Below the pieces are notes generated by a model. It saw only the letters and a list, made by a program, of their open reading frames with translations, searched no databases and was not told the origin of the DNA. Below are positions 11,601-24,428 of a DNA stretch of 54,353 bases, in pieces. Source of the stretch: Mizuhopecten yessoensis. Taxonomy: Eukaryota. How positions within the stretch are numbered: position 1 is the stretch's first letter; every line of letters begins with the position of its first letter. The position numbers and the translations under genes were made by a program. The stretch covers positions 398,174 to 452,526 of the forward strand of contig NW_018408800.1 in NCBI RefSeq assembly GCF_002113885.1, in the 5' to 3' direction.

Positions 11601-14600
11601 TATACAATAGTTGTCACTGCCTCTTGAATTGGGGATAAAACAAGCTTGATATATTGACTGAATCATGTTGTATTTGTAATGACATATAGGTCATGTCTTT
11701 CAAACTTTTCATAATAAATTTCTTTTAAACTTACGATTTCAATATTTTCATATTTCTTTAATTAGTGATATTAAATTCTTTAACATAAACTTTAAATACT
11801 TCTTTTTCCTGTTAATCAAGTTTCAAACAGCTGAGCCAGAGTTTAGAATTAAAACTTTCTATGTTTTCTGAACTTAATAGCAGCTTCAAGTACAGATGCT
11901 TGGGTAACGTCTAGTGGCACGTCCAATCAAAGTTCTCCCTGGGGATCACCAGCCCCTCCACAGCAAGTGATGGCCGACACACCATTCGATTCCAACTTCA
12001 CAGCGTCTGGAGGTGCCCAAGTCACTAATGGATCAGGTGTTGATGATGGATTTGATCTTATCGGCAACAGAAGTGCAGGAAGCTCTCCTGCTAAAAATAA
12101 TAAAGAGTTAGAGGCATTTGATCCTTTAGGAGGTAATGATATAATAACTGCTTGACCTAATTTACACCAACTTGTTCATAGGTATCTAATCCTTTAGGAG
12201 GTAATGATATAATAACTTCTTGACCTAATTTACACCAACTTGTTCATAGGCATTTAATCCTTTTGGAGGTGATGATTTAATAACTGCTTGACCTAATTTA
12301 CACCAACATGTTCATGGGTATTTAATCCTTTAGGAGGTAATGATATAATAACTGCTTGACCTAATTTACACCAACTTGTTCATAGGAATTTAATCCTTTA
12401 GGAGGTAATGATATAATAACTGCTTGACCTAATTTACATCAACTTGTTCATAGGCATTTAATCCTTTAGGGGGTGATGATATAATAACTGCTTGACCTTC
12501 CTAAAAGGAGGTAATAACATAATAACTGCTTGAACTAATATACACCAACCTGATCATTGGCATTTGATCCTTTAGGAGGTAATGATATAATAATATGATA
12601 AATGCTTGACCTAATTAACACCAATTTCATCATGATAAAACATTTTTACCTTCTTTTTCAAATGTTCAGCTGGACTTTTTACTGATCAATACCATAATGC
12701 TAGTAGTCACAATGGGATAAACCACAAAATTTATATTGCAGTAGAATTTTCTCTTTTTTGTTTTTCATATCTTCACAGCTGTAGATTATATAGTTACTTA
12801 AAATTTAAGAGTTAAGCCTTTTTAATTAAGCAACCCTCAAAACAAACCATTATAAAAAGGGTTTGTAATCATGTTGGAAATGGGTTTCTGTCATTAAATT
12901 GGGAACTTCATTTCTGAATATGATATTTGTGAACTGTACTTGACAGATTGGGAACAATAAGGTTGAAATTGGGAAAACAAAGGGCTAATTACAGGTATAA
13001 TTTCCACCTGTGACACATAGTGTCTTGTAAAAGGACTATTTAAAACATCTGAAAAATACGTAAATTTATCAAGTTTGTTTACATTCATAACTTTGACTTA
13101 CATTAAAATGTACATTTACACAGTTTCCAAATTCTACCTTCCATCGTGCAGCGTATGTACATATATATTAATGTTGTATGCTTTAAATACACACTAGACA
13201 TGATCAATGCATGCCTGGTAAGGGAGGTAAGCCTTTTTGGCCTTAAATATTTAGAATAGTGTTCCTGTGTCTGATCATTCATTTTACTGATTTTGTTCAG
13301 AACCAAAGAAGGAGGACACATGGAACATGAGTGGCATGAGTGATGGACTGACCACGGCCCAGCAACAACAACAGAAACATAGAAAGACTCCACAGGAGTT
13401 CCTGGGCGACAACGCCAGCCTGGTCAACCTCGACCAGCTTGTAACCACGGAAAACACTCAAGGTAATCATTGTCCACTCTTAACATTAAAGGAAAGTTCA
13501 TTTCCTCAGTATTTCTGTACCTTAGCTGGAATTGAAAAAGGTTCCTTCGTACTTATACAATATAAAATAAAGTTGTTTTTTGTGTTGGACTAAATACTTT
13601 AGTTAGGCAATAATCAATATTGTAGTTACATATACCTCAATGCTGTATTCAAACATCAATATGATTATAGTTGCTTCAGTACTGAACTTGATACATGAGT
13701 TAGGCAGTTATCAATTTTGTAGTTACATATACCTCAGTGCTGTATTCAAACATCAATATGATTATAGTTGCTTCAGTACTGAACTTAATACATGAGTTAG
13801 GCAGTTATCAATTTTGTAGTTACATATACCTTAATGCTGTATTCAAACATCAATATGATTATAGTTGCTTCAGTACTGAACTTAATACATGAGTTAGGCA
13901 ATAATCAATATTGTCGTTACATATACTTCAATGCTGTATTCAAACATCAATATGATTATTGTTGCTTCAGTACTGAACTTGATACATGAGTCAGGCAATA
14001 ATCAATATTGTAGTTACATATACCTCAATGCTGTATTCAAACATCAATATGATTAAAGTTGCTTCAGTACTGAACTTAATACATGAGTTAGGCAGTTATC
14101 AATTTTGTAGTTACATATACTTCAATGCTGTATTCAAACATCAATATGATTAAAGTTGCTTCAGTACTGAACTTAATACATGAGTTAGGCAGTTAACAAT
14201 TTTGCTTCATCAGGGCTGTATTAAAACTTTATTCATTAGTTAANTGTAACCACGGAAAACACTCAAGGTAATCATTGTCCACTCTTAACAGTAAAGGAAA
14301 GTTCATTTCATCAGTATTTCTGTACCTTAGCTGGGATTGAAAAAGGTTCCTTCGTACTTATACAGTATAAAATAAGTTGTTTTTTGTGTTGGACTGAATA
14401 CTTTAGTTAGGCAATAATCAATATTGTAGTTACATATACTTCAATGCTGTATTCAAACATCAATATGATTATAGTTGCTTCAGTACTGAACTTTATGCAT
14501 GAGTTAGGCAGTTAACAATTTTGCTTCATCAGTGCTGTATTAAAACTTTATACATTAGTTAAGCAATAATCAATATTGTCGTTGCCCAAGTGCTGGATTT

Positions 14601-15115
14601 AAAGCGTTTTAACTAATTATTTTATATAGAAGAAATCAAAATTAATAAATAGTGTTTCTTTTTTTAAACTATTTGGGTGTCATGTCTATCACCTCTAATG
14701 TCATATCCATATTTGAAAACAGAAATTGTGTAAACTTCCTGTTTTCAAATATGGAGGTGACATGAGGGAGAGGGCCATTAAATCCCTAATTAATGGCTAA
14801 GCCCAAAAGCTTTGATGAGAGTGACTGGATTTTTTGTATAAGTAAGTGTTTTTCCAATATGATTTAAATTGTTTTACCTTCAGATTAATGAGTACATTTT
14901 GCATTTCAGTCAACAACCCATTTGCTGCAAAAACTACCAATCCTTTTGAAATTCAACAGCAGCAGCAACAACAGATGACGAGAATGACACTTAATCAGAT
15001 ACAGACAAATACATACAACACCGGATTCTCACAGCCAAGTTCTTCAAGCTTACTACCAAATCCCCTCGTTCCAATGAATAACGGCGCTATGCAATCACAG
15101 AACCCCTTCTTATGA
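5165..15115 (+). CDS. EPN2: Epsin (epsin-1/2/liquid facets-like), spliced: join(5165..5662,6361..6469,6885..6965,[8870..8896],11173..11428,11881..12132,13301..13462,14910..15115)
   Basis: Domain order is ENTH, UIM, DPW repeats, LVNLD clathrin box and three NPF motifs. GT-AG boundaries are phase-compatible except across the N at 6908. The paralog number in the symbol is nominal. Confidence 0.93.
6361..6469 (+). CDS. EPN2: Epsin exon (IKYGAGSPSLEASSAGYTDPYGG...SET)
   Basis: ttgtag| acceptor, open GC-richer frame, T|GTATGT donor, phase 0 to 1. Confidence 0.8.
6885..6965 (+). CDS. EPN2: Epsin UIM exon (DDIKLQMALDESRKHAVEE), interrupted by N at 6908
   Basis: UIM consensus LxxAxxxS; aacag| acceptor; GAA|GTAGGT donor. 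Confidence 0.8.
8870..8896 (+). CDS. EPN2: Candidate 27-nt epsin microexon (ERKKDTSKK)
   Basis: Long U-rich tract then tttag|; purine-rich 27 nt; AAG|GTTAAT donor; phase 0-0 fits both neighbouring exons. Confidence 0.6.
9328..10050 (+). mobile_element. HINE (Helentron-associated non-autonomous element) in epsin intron
   Basis: T-run, subterminal inverted repeat GTGTCGCCT...AGGCGACAC, GGC microsatellite, four internal ~165-195-bp modules (ttaaggttttgcgtttagctc), and 3' hairpin AATTACGTGTAATT followed by CTTGTT. Confidence 0.75.
11173..11428 (+). CDS. EPN2: Epsin DPW-repeat exon (AP-2 binding)
   Basis: Four DPW motifs; tttgcag| acceptor; A|GTAATT donor, phase 1. Confidence 0.92.
11881..12132 (+). 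CDS. EPN2: Epsin exon (STDAW...DDGFDLIGNR...AFDPLG)
   Basis: TAG|CAG tandem acceptor; G|GTAATG donor; phase 1-1. Confidence 0.88.
12113..12625. repeat. 68-bp minisatellite (~8 units) containing the exon end and splice donor
   Basis: atcctttaggaggtaatgat (or close variants) at 12121, 12189, 12257, 12325, 12393, 12461, ~12499 (partial) and 12567. Confidence 0.92.
13301..13462 (+). CDS. EPN2: Epsin exon (RKTPQEFLGDNASLVNLDQLV)
   Basis: Conserved epsin KTPxxFLG..LVNLD motif; ttcag| acceptor; G|GTAATC donor. Confidence 0.93.
13604..14215. repeat. 97-bp intronic tandem repeat (~6.3 units)
   Basis: taggca.t.atcaat..tgtagttacatatac at 13604, 13701, 13798 and onward. Confidence 0.92.
14699..14762. 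mobile_element. Palindromic MITE-like remnant
   Basis: tgtca..tccatatttgaaaacag / ctgttttcaaatatgga..tgaca inverted repeat. Confidence 0.5.
14910..15115 (+). CDS. EPN2: Epsin last coding exon with three NPF (EH-binding) motifs
   Basis: NNPF, TNPF and C-terminal QNPFL-stop; tttcag| acceptor, phase 1. Confidence 0.93.
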
Positions 15116-16806
15116 AAATGTGATACAATAAGATTAATATATTGACGAACTTGTAATTATTATATATATATATATATGATTGAGCTGTCTGTATATCATA
15201 GTATCCCATACACACGATGGAGTACACTAACTTTATATAGTGATGCATCAGATGCTACCCTTTTATCTGTGAATAGGTAAAGGAACATGTTCTGTGCATA
15301 TATTGTCATGCATTTTGTGATGAATGGGATTTTTTTTGCCCAGCCTGTTTTGAGACGGTCATATGCTATTTCTTGCTATATTGGAGTTAGCAGGTGACCT
15401 GATATAAAGGCCTCTGAGAAATGAGTAACACACTTATTTATTATGATTGAATGCACACATTACAAATGATGTTTTTGGAGACGTTTAATAAAGGCAATGA
15501 TTTACAGCAGAAAACATTCTTTTGGAACCTATTCTACATCAAGTCCAACATAATTCTCAGTCTGATTTGTTAAATTTAGTATTTCAACATTATTGTTGCT
15601 TCGGCAAGGATTCTTTCATTTGTGATATTTAGATTTAGGTTGTAGAGTTGATGAATGAAAACTTTTGTTTAAGTGCTGTTCAAGAACATGAGAATCACAA
15701 TATGTGTAAGTTTTGTTGTCAGAATTACAAGATGTTTGTTTTTATTTATTTGTTACTTATTGTGTGTTTGTCTTAGCTAAAAATTTTGTATGTCTTGTGC
15801 TTGAGAATTCACAGTATCATTTTGATGTAAAATATTTTTTGAATATGTATAATACAGGTGTTAAAAAGGACATTATAATTACAAAAGATATAATAATGTT
15901 TGAGAAGAAGCTGCATTTGAAGACAGTTGTATGTTTCTAGTCCATACATCAACACAGATGATATCTTGATTTAATTTGGGTTGAACAACAAAGCTGTGGT
16001 ATATTTTGTTTACTTACTTGAGAGCCAGTCATGTATTGCAGTACCCGTAATCTGTTTTAAGCTGCAAAAAGAAACTTGAATTAAATTAACAGGAGTTGAA
16101 TGAGGGTATATATTAAAAAAAAAAAAAAAAACTTTTTGAATTGTAAATTTCAATGTCAGTATATTACTTGTATGTGATATACATATATATAATATCAGCA
16201 TGTCAAGTCCTTTGTCATATGATACTACATGTATTTCAATTAACTACATAACACCCAACAATAGTGAAACACTTTTACAGGGAATTCAAATTTGTACGTG
16301 ATTTACAAATTCACTCTATTACATTTTATATCAGAAGAGGTCTAATTTTGATTATTTTGGTCTACTCTGTACCAGCTGGTGAAGCAACTCCTCCCTACTA
16401 AGTATGGTACTGCGTACTTTGTATTTATCTTAAAACTCCTCAATGAACAAAACAGGCTGGGCCAAATAAAACGAATGAAGACTGGCTTCAGAATTTTTTC
16501 ACGTTGCTATTCAATCCATAATTTAGGTGTAGTATAACCGGAAGTGTAAACTGCTTTTCATTGTTACAAAATGTTGGTTGTATTTTCTTCCTTGAACTCT
16601 GTATATAAATATAATGTTCATGGGTATATTTGTAACTTACTGTGTAATTTCATTTATTTTACTCATATAAATGTACAATAACTGGTTAGCCTAAAAGTAT
16701 CAACTTGTGTGTTGCATTGGAATATAAATGTGATTGTCCTTTTGTTTACTATTAGATTGGAGAATGAAATAGTTTGAATGATCATTGTTTGGCCACTTCA
16801 AGTTAA

Positions 16807-16888
16807 CCCTTCACCACTGTGGACCATAATGGACTTATCCTGATCAATGCATGGTAGAGACTACTAAAGTTACATAGGGGTGAAAGGG
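16807..16888. mobile_element. 82-bp piggyBac-type MITE with TTAA target-site duplication
   Basis: TTAA-CCCTTCACC...GGGGTGAAAGGG-TTAA. Confidence 0.7.
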
Positions 16889-17307
16889 TTAACAAATCTA
16901 TAAAGACCGGCTTGCCCTGCCGATCACATGTTGAAAGTGATATTCTTGAGAGTTATCAGGATTGAGAAATACATCTTAATCCCTGGGTATGATTGATTCT
17001 CATGCGCTACACGGCTTGAATCTGAACTGTATGTGTCTTCACTGTCGGTTCTTAATTTGACAGCTGCAGCTTGAGTGAAATATTGAATTCTGGTTGTGTT
17101 TGAAAGATCACAACAGTTGTTTGCTATAAATGGATGTGATGGATTCTCAGCTTCAGTAAGTTCAACTGTATACTGCTAGGAACAATGATAAATGATATGG
17201 TATCAAACTGTGTTTTTGTATACTGTAACCATTGGATATGTGTAATGTAATACTAGTTGCTGACTGTGATTTCTAGTTTTTTATGTCCCTTGGACGCTTA
17301 TTATATC

Positions 17308-17313
17308 AATAAA
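17308..17313 (+). terminator. Candidate epsin polyadenylation signal (~2.2-kb 3' UTR)
   Basis: AATAAA after a U/GU-rich UTR-like stretch. Another AATAAA occurs at ~15487. Confidence 0.35.
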
Positions 17314-20111
17314 CAGGGTTTCAAAAAAAATTAAAACGCCAGATAATGTGAATTGATAGGATTAAAAAAAAATCTGTAAATAAATTGATGCAATATATGT
17401 TTCATATAGATTGATATCAAAAACATTATTAACTGTATTGAAACATGAAACATGAATTTGGTCTAACGTATAGTAACATAGCTGTATGTAATTGTGCCAA
17501 ATACTTTTTGATTTTGTAAAACTTGCATGGATATGACCAGCTAAACAGATCAATTGATTGGAAACTCAGTAATTGTATTACATCTTTAAACAGGTTTTGG
17601 CAAATTTTTGACAAAATTGATTTTCACAGTCTGAGACTATGATTTGTTGGTTTCTTTTTCTCACAAAGACATTTTGTAGACCGGAAAACAGGAAGGGACA
17701 AACGTTTTTCTTTATTTATGTATGGTGTTCTTTTCTACATAGGCTATTTTTTTTACCGTCAAATAAAACCGAATAATTCCTAAAGCTGGATAAGTTCCGT
17801 CCTTTCTAATGATAATGTTCATGACTGGTCCAGAGTTATCCCCACTTAATAGAAAAAAAATCCCGACTAGAAATGTGCCATTTGTTTCTTTCTTTTTAAT
17901 ACCAATTTATTCTATGCCCTATTCTGTAAAATGGATAGTTCGTGCTCAAGATATTTTGTTGCATTTCTTAAAGTCCCCAACAATTTGCTGTTAGAATAGC
18001 AGTAACATTTCTGTATTTATTGGACCCTTTCTTCTTCAATATAGAGAAGTAAAATTTTAAGATCGGAACAAAGGTTAAAAAAAGAAAAAGTTATTTTTTT
18101 TCAATTTTCAAAGTTTTAAGCAAATTTGGCACTATGCAGCTGCATTCTGTACCCGAAATGTCATTAGGTATCAAGTAGTACTGCATGGTAACATAATTTT
18201 ATGATAGATCTGATGATTGTGACTTGCAGCATATGAGTCGCATACATACTTTTAAGATCTGATATTGTTCCTATTGTTACACATTTTGTTATTGTCTAAT
18301 TACGTTATCACTTCAACCATAACACTTCATATCTTTTCTCAATTTTTTTGGGATTTGTTGGCCAAACATTATGCTGTAACCGACAAAATTAATTGTTATT
18401 TTGAATTTTGCTGGCTTACCCCATCACTGTAAATGATATTTATTTTATACCACCGGAATTATCTTCTGTCTTTGTGTGTTCATGTATTTTGGATAGATAG
18501 GACAATGTCCCCTTATATCAATACATGTACAAAGTAATACTGACTGGGGTAGATTTATTTCCAGTTGTGAATTACATGATGTAATGGTTTTGTTTTAGGT
18601 TGAGGAGTTACTTCTGTAGACTTTATTAACGCGGACACCAAATATTCCAAAAGCAAAATCATGAAAAATTATAAGTCTAGATAAATAAAACTGAAATGGC
18701 CACCATGAAACTGTTGATTGCTGAACCAGGAAATCAATATGGGTTCAGAACGTTTTTTTTTTTAACTTTACGAATATTTTCACTGAATGTTTAGGGATAA
18801 ATACAAGTCATATTGGTACCACTTGGCCAATGTGTTACTTTCACAGGTGCACTTAGATAAAATACCACAAGCGAAATTTAAAGATCACCATTTTAAGGCA
18901 TTTATTGCAAAAATAGTGAAAAAACTTCTTTTTTTCAATACAGTTAGTTTCCCCAACATGGTGTTGTGTGCCTGAGGAGAATGATAAATTAGCTAAAAAA
19001 AAATCACCTCACCATATAGGTGCCAAACTGTAGCTGGCAGAATCAGCTGTTCTGGATGAGTTTCATTGGAATGTTAGTACAGATCCCAGACAGAAGTACA
19101 CCACATGATAGAATTCCATGTACACATGTACTAGATCACTTTGTGTTTAATCTGCTATTGTATATGTATTGTCTTTTATAAAATGATGAATTAGTCATGT
19201 TTTTTGACAACACTTTTGCAATAATAGGTCCATACATGACCACAAAACCTGTCTTAGCTGATCCCTCTCTATTCTGATTGGTTCCATTATGATAAAATGT
19301 GACTAATATCCACCTGTGTGGTTCGATACCCTGTGTACTTCCTAACCCTTTAGTCAGACAGGACAGGTGTTACAAACTTTACCTCCAATATAAGTTCTTT
19401 TGTGTTTTGTTTTTTTATATGTAAAACATGTCTGAATCATGTCATCGTAACTTGGTAAAAGTCAACTTGATTGTCCTTTGTAATCTTCCATCTGTATATA
19501 TATTTCATACTAATAATGTATACTTGTTATTTAGTCCTTAACGACCATTACTACTATTATTATTATTAATTCATTTAGCATAAAATTTTGAAAAGAAGAA
19601 AATCTCAGTTTGCATAGAACCAACATGTATTTCCAGCTGTGGTTGGTGGGATATCTGAATGACAATGTATTGTGTTTGTGACTGGTAAATCTGTCCTTCA
19701 TCCCTTTTAATCGGTCCTTGCCTATAAGTAGCTATTTCTATTATTACTCTAGAACGGTAATTATTTCCTTTATCATAAATGATGCTTCGTACAGAGCATG
19801 CCATCGTCCGTCTATTTGTTTTTTTCTAAAGAACCAATTCTGGGTAATAACTTTTTGTTCCAGCCAATAATTGGTTTTTACATTGAAAGTATTTTGAAAA
19901 AGAAATCTCTACTGAGTGTTGCTTTGAAGATAATGCCTTAGGTCTAGTGAGATATATTTTATAACTATGAAACTTGATTTGCAAACTTGCAATGTTATCA
20001 AATATGACTTGATGATTAGTCATTAAACATCTATGAAAACAGGTATATTGTTTGTTGTTGTTAAGTTGTGCTATCATGTGAGATGTAATGGTGTGCTCCA
20101 CAAAAGTCTCC

Positions 20112-20301
20112 TATTCCGTCGTTTTTACATGCAGAGTTATCTTCTCTTGGGAGCAGGTATTGATTGTTACGTCACTTGTTTGTGAGAGTAAAGTCATCAT
20201 TTTTTGAGAAAACGACGTAATTTTCTCGCACAAACCAATGATGTAACAAGCAATACCTGCTCCCAATAGAAGATAACTCTGCAATACGCAAAGACTGAAT
20301 A
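20112..20301. mobile_element. ~190-bp foldback MITE
   Basis: TATTCCGTC..tgcagagttatcttct.ttgggagcaggtattg pairs with caatacctgctcccaa.agaagataactctgca..GACTGAATA. Confidence 0.8.
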
Positions 20302-23240
20302 CTACTGTCTGTTCCAGTTATCTCTGATGTCACTTTAAGGGATTACTCCATCAGTGTGCAACAGAAGTAAACAAATATATTTTTTTGTTAGCTTAACTAG
20401 CACAACATGTTCTACCCGGTCTCCGGCACTCACACAAAGCAAGCACACATACACAACACACATGGAGGCACATCCTTAAATGACATTGGCTGTTAAAGGG
20501 ATTTTAAACAAAACAAGACCAAAACAAACCTGTGGGTTAATGTTATGGTGCTTTGTCTGTCCTTTGTCTGTCATATTTTCTCTTTGTAGAATATATGAAA
20601 ACCTAAAAGACCCAGATTCCTGCTTTTGGCCAGGAGATGCCTGGGACAGAGTGCTATAAAGTTTTCTCATACAAATGACCTTGGTTAAATATGGTAAAAA
20701 CTTTCTCTAATATGTTTAATATTGTGTTAAGGTTTTAGGTCAACTTTGAGGGCTGGCAAATGATAACATAGTCTACTTAAGTCCCATATGGTTCAAAGTC
20801 CTGATTTATATTTGGCCAATAGATATATTGCATAGAGTGCTGTAAAATTTCCTATTGAATGACCTTTGCCTACTTTTCAAGGTCAACTAGGTGGAAAAAA
20901 ATAACATTTGCTGAAGATGTGTATAGAGCAATGTTTTTTTGGTATGATGTGAAGACTGACAATACAAATCGTTTTCTAGCATGTTATGTACATGTTCTGG
21001 TCGAAAGTCAACTTTGAGCACAGACTAAGGTTATCATGAGTTTTACACTTAAAAAGCTTTGAAAATTTCTCCTTTTTGTTTCATGAAGCCTGTGAATGTG
21101 ATATGTTACCAGCAAGTACTTTTGATAAAGTGCTGTTAGAAGTATCTTAGTACCTACTTTTAAGGTCGAATGGTTTAAATACAGTAAAAACTTCATAAAG
21201 ATTATCGAAAGAATCACAAATTCATGTGGTCAAGAGTTACACAATTAAGATATGATTTGTAGACCAGTAGTGGGAACCTTTTTCTTTTCTTTGAGTGAAA
21301 ACTTTGAAATGATTGAGTAACCATAAATTTGTTTGCTTGGCATGAAAAAAACCACCAAGTATGTTACCAGGATTAACTCCGGAATCATGCCGTGCCCCAG
21401 GGAAGTAGTTTTTGTCATCAAATGAAAATTACTAAGATCCTTACCCTTTATACATATATAATATATCGACCAGATTTGATATGGAGCTTCATTGGGAACA
21501 AAGAGACAAAGCCCAAAATGAAGAAATATTTGAAATGTTGCTTTTTAATGAAAATATTTTCCCAAAATTGCTTAAATATATAGGTTAGCCATACAGGCCT
21601 TCTTGACCTCTTGTTACTGTTGTCTGTTGCCCTCAGTAACTAGGTAAAACGGAAACGTATCTAATAAACAAAAGCCTGTATCGCTCACCTGGATAAAAAA
21701 AAAAACCATGGGAAATTATTCGTATTACAAAAACATCCCTCCAATGGTACAGAAGAAGGATTTTAAAGAATTAAACCTCGTATTCTCAATACGGACTGCA
21801 CCCAGAGGGGCAACACTCTCCATTTATACAAAATTTAGTCCCCTTTGTCAAAGGATACTCCAGGCCAAATTTGGGTGAAAATCCATCCAATTATATAGTT
21901 TTTCAAATTCCCCTTTTGAGCCCGCCTCTCTGCACCCAAAGGGGCCACATCCATCGTTTATACAATAATAATACAATAATTTATACAAAAACTACCTTGA
22001 AATCCCTGGTATTTAGTAATCAGATAACGAAATGTTAGTGGCCTTTTTCGCTTGTTGAAAATAGTAGAATAGCGAAAGAAATTCAAGAAAAAGGAAAAAT
22101 ATATGTATCATTTCTGTTTCACAGTTGTTTGTGTTGGCCATAATACCTCCCACAGCTACACTTATTGATCACAACTGTGCTACGCTTTGCGAAAATTAAA
22201 TCATTGAAAACAAGTGTATATATAAAACGAATGCTGAACAGTATCCTATAATTTATATGTCATATAATTCCGAAATGACCATCTGAGTAGCCGATAGTTT
22301 CACGCACGTGTACACACAACATACTGCCTGTTATACATTATTAACGGTCTGCATATGTAATGTAATTGAAGAGACGGGTATATGCAGTAAACAAATCGAT
22401 TGTATTGATTGAATTGAAGATGTCTGCCTGGACAGATGTGGGTTATATTCGTTGATTTAATCCCGGAATAGATGCCCTATCTCGTATCAGTTGTACGGAA
22501 GGTCATGAATAAATTAAGTAAGTCACACATTCAAGCCTAACAGAAACTGTGGGTACTTTTATCCTGCCTTGGCACGGTCTTTCTTGATTTCTGTAGTTCG
22601 ACCGGCATCCTGGCCTAATGAAGTATTTTATATCACCAATCCATCTTGTGACGTTGCATTGATTACTAGTTTTGAATTAAAATATAACCCGAGGGTTGGA
22701 ACCGGTAAGATTTTTTTCAGGACAATCTTTGGCCTATTATCATATTTACTTGCATAGTAAATATATACGTCTTAATCATTATATTTCGCGATTATAATTA
22801 ATAACAATCTTTTTGCATCAATAACCTATACTTTTTAAAAAAAATATCAGAAGAGATACATATGAATTTAAGTTCATTAAAACATGTTCATCAGATTTTC
22901 TATAGATCAGTTTTAGAAAGACGAAACAGGTGTGTGATGCAGTGTTAATTAATATTTTGGCATTTCGACCATATCTATTACCAAATTGTAAAGGTGTGTA
23001 CCCCTGCAGGTGGGGGATCGGAGAAAGAATACACCTGCTGTTACCCACTGCATGTATCGTAGGAGGCGACTAATGTGGGAATCCCCTGTAGAATTTGGGA
23101 TTTGCTTTGGTGTCCTCTATTTGGGGACAAAAAATCGACCAAAATAAATCTGCTAAATCCATCGCAATATTTAGTATCTTTATTTTTCTTTCTACTTCTA
23201 ACTTCCCTTTATTTCCTACCGCCTTGCTTCGCAACACTTC

Positions 23241-23635
23241 ACTTTTGGCCTTAATGTTGAGCGTTCGCCCGGGTGATGAAGGCAATGGGTTCTGTCCCCA
23301 GGCCGGGACATACCAAAGTCCTTAAAATGGTAGTTGCTATTCCCTGCTTAACGTTCAGCAATAAGACTAATAGCAACAACTGGTAGCATGTTATGCAGTA
23401 TAATGTGACCGGGCGGAATGCTGTGCTGGGTGCCTTCGTGTTGGCAGTTCAGTGAGATAGCACTATAAAGTCGGCATCAGATCTGCGCTAGCACAAGGAG
23501 ACAAGAACACCAACATACCCTGTCTCCTGCATACACACATGCAAGCACGCATACACTACAAACATGGAGGCGCGTCCTTAAATTACCTTAGCTGTTAGTA
23601 GGACGTTAAACAAAATTAAACCAAACCAAACCACC
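23241..23635 (+). mobile_element. tRNA-derived SINE (V-domain-like)
   Basis: Degenerate A/B-box head, central ataccaaagtccttaaaatggtag domain, and tail gacgttaaac plus (caaac)n. A tail fragment also occurs at ~20440-20530. Confidence 0.7.
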
Positions 23636-23788
23636 TGGTGTGTGTGTGTTTGTTACGTTCTTCTTTCAAGATACAAGGTGGTAGACTCTGCTGGTGGGTT
23701 ACTAAGTCCCCGAGATTTGCCGTAACCTTGACGGCCACAGCTATCGCTTTTTGAGGAGTGGCACGGGTCATAATATACACACTTTACN

Positions 23789-24140
23789 ACTTTTGGCCTT
23801 AATGTTGAGCGTTCGCCCGGGTGATGAAGGCAATAGGTTCTGTCCCCAAGCCGGGACATACCAAAGTCCTTAAAAAGATAGGAATTGCAACAAGTGGTTC
23901 ACCCGTTGTCAGTATAATGTGACCCGGCGGAATGCTGTGCTGGGTGCCTTCGGTATGGCATTTTAGTGAGAGAGCACTATAAAGTCGGCATCAGATCTGC
24001 GCTATCACAAGGAGACAAGAACACCAACATACCCTGTCTCCTGCATACACACACGCAAGCACGCATACACTACAAACTTGGAGGCACGTCCTTAAAGTAC
24101 CTTAGCTGTTAGTAGGACGTTAAACAAAATTAAACCAAAC
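23789..24140 (+). mobile_element. Second copy of the same SINE (probably the other haplotype, joined at N 23788)
   Basis: 23789-24300 repeats 23241-23787 with SNPs and indels, directly after a single N. Confidence 0.65.
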
Positions 24141-24428
24141 CACCTGGTGTGTGTGTGTGTTTGTTACGTTCATGTGTCAAGATACTAGGTGGTAGACTCT
24201 GCTGGTGGGTTACTTAGTCCCCGAGATTTGCCGTAACCTTGATGGCCACTCAGCTATCGCTTTTTGAGTAGTGGCACGGGTCATAATATACACACTTTAC
24301 TAATGATTTAATTCGAAATTAATCGGCACTCCTCTAAATTTTGACATTCTTCTATTAAAGGGTTTAATCGTACGCACCTCTGTTTGTCTAGTAATCCGAC
24401 AATTCGGATTTCCAACTTTTGGCCCTTA

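Noticed and set aside
14245-14270. Duplicated or mutually exclusive epsin exon
   Set aside because: Only the exon's 3' tip reappears right after an N, with no acceptor. An assembly haplotype overlap.
23241-24300. Genuine ~550-bp tandem duplication or LTR pair
   Set aside because: The copies abut at a single N (23788), the same pattern as at 14244 and 41918. Most likely uncollapsed alleles.
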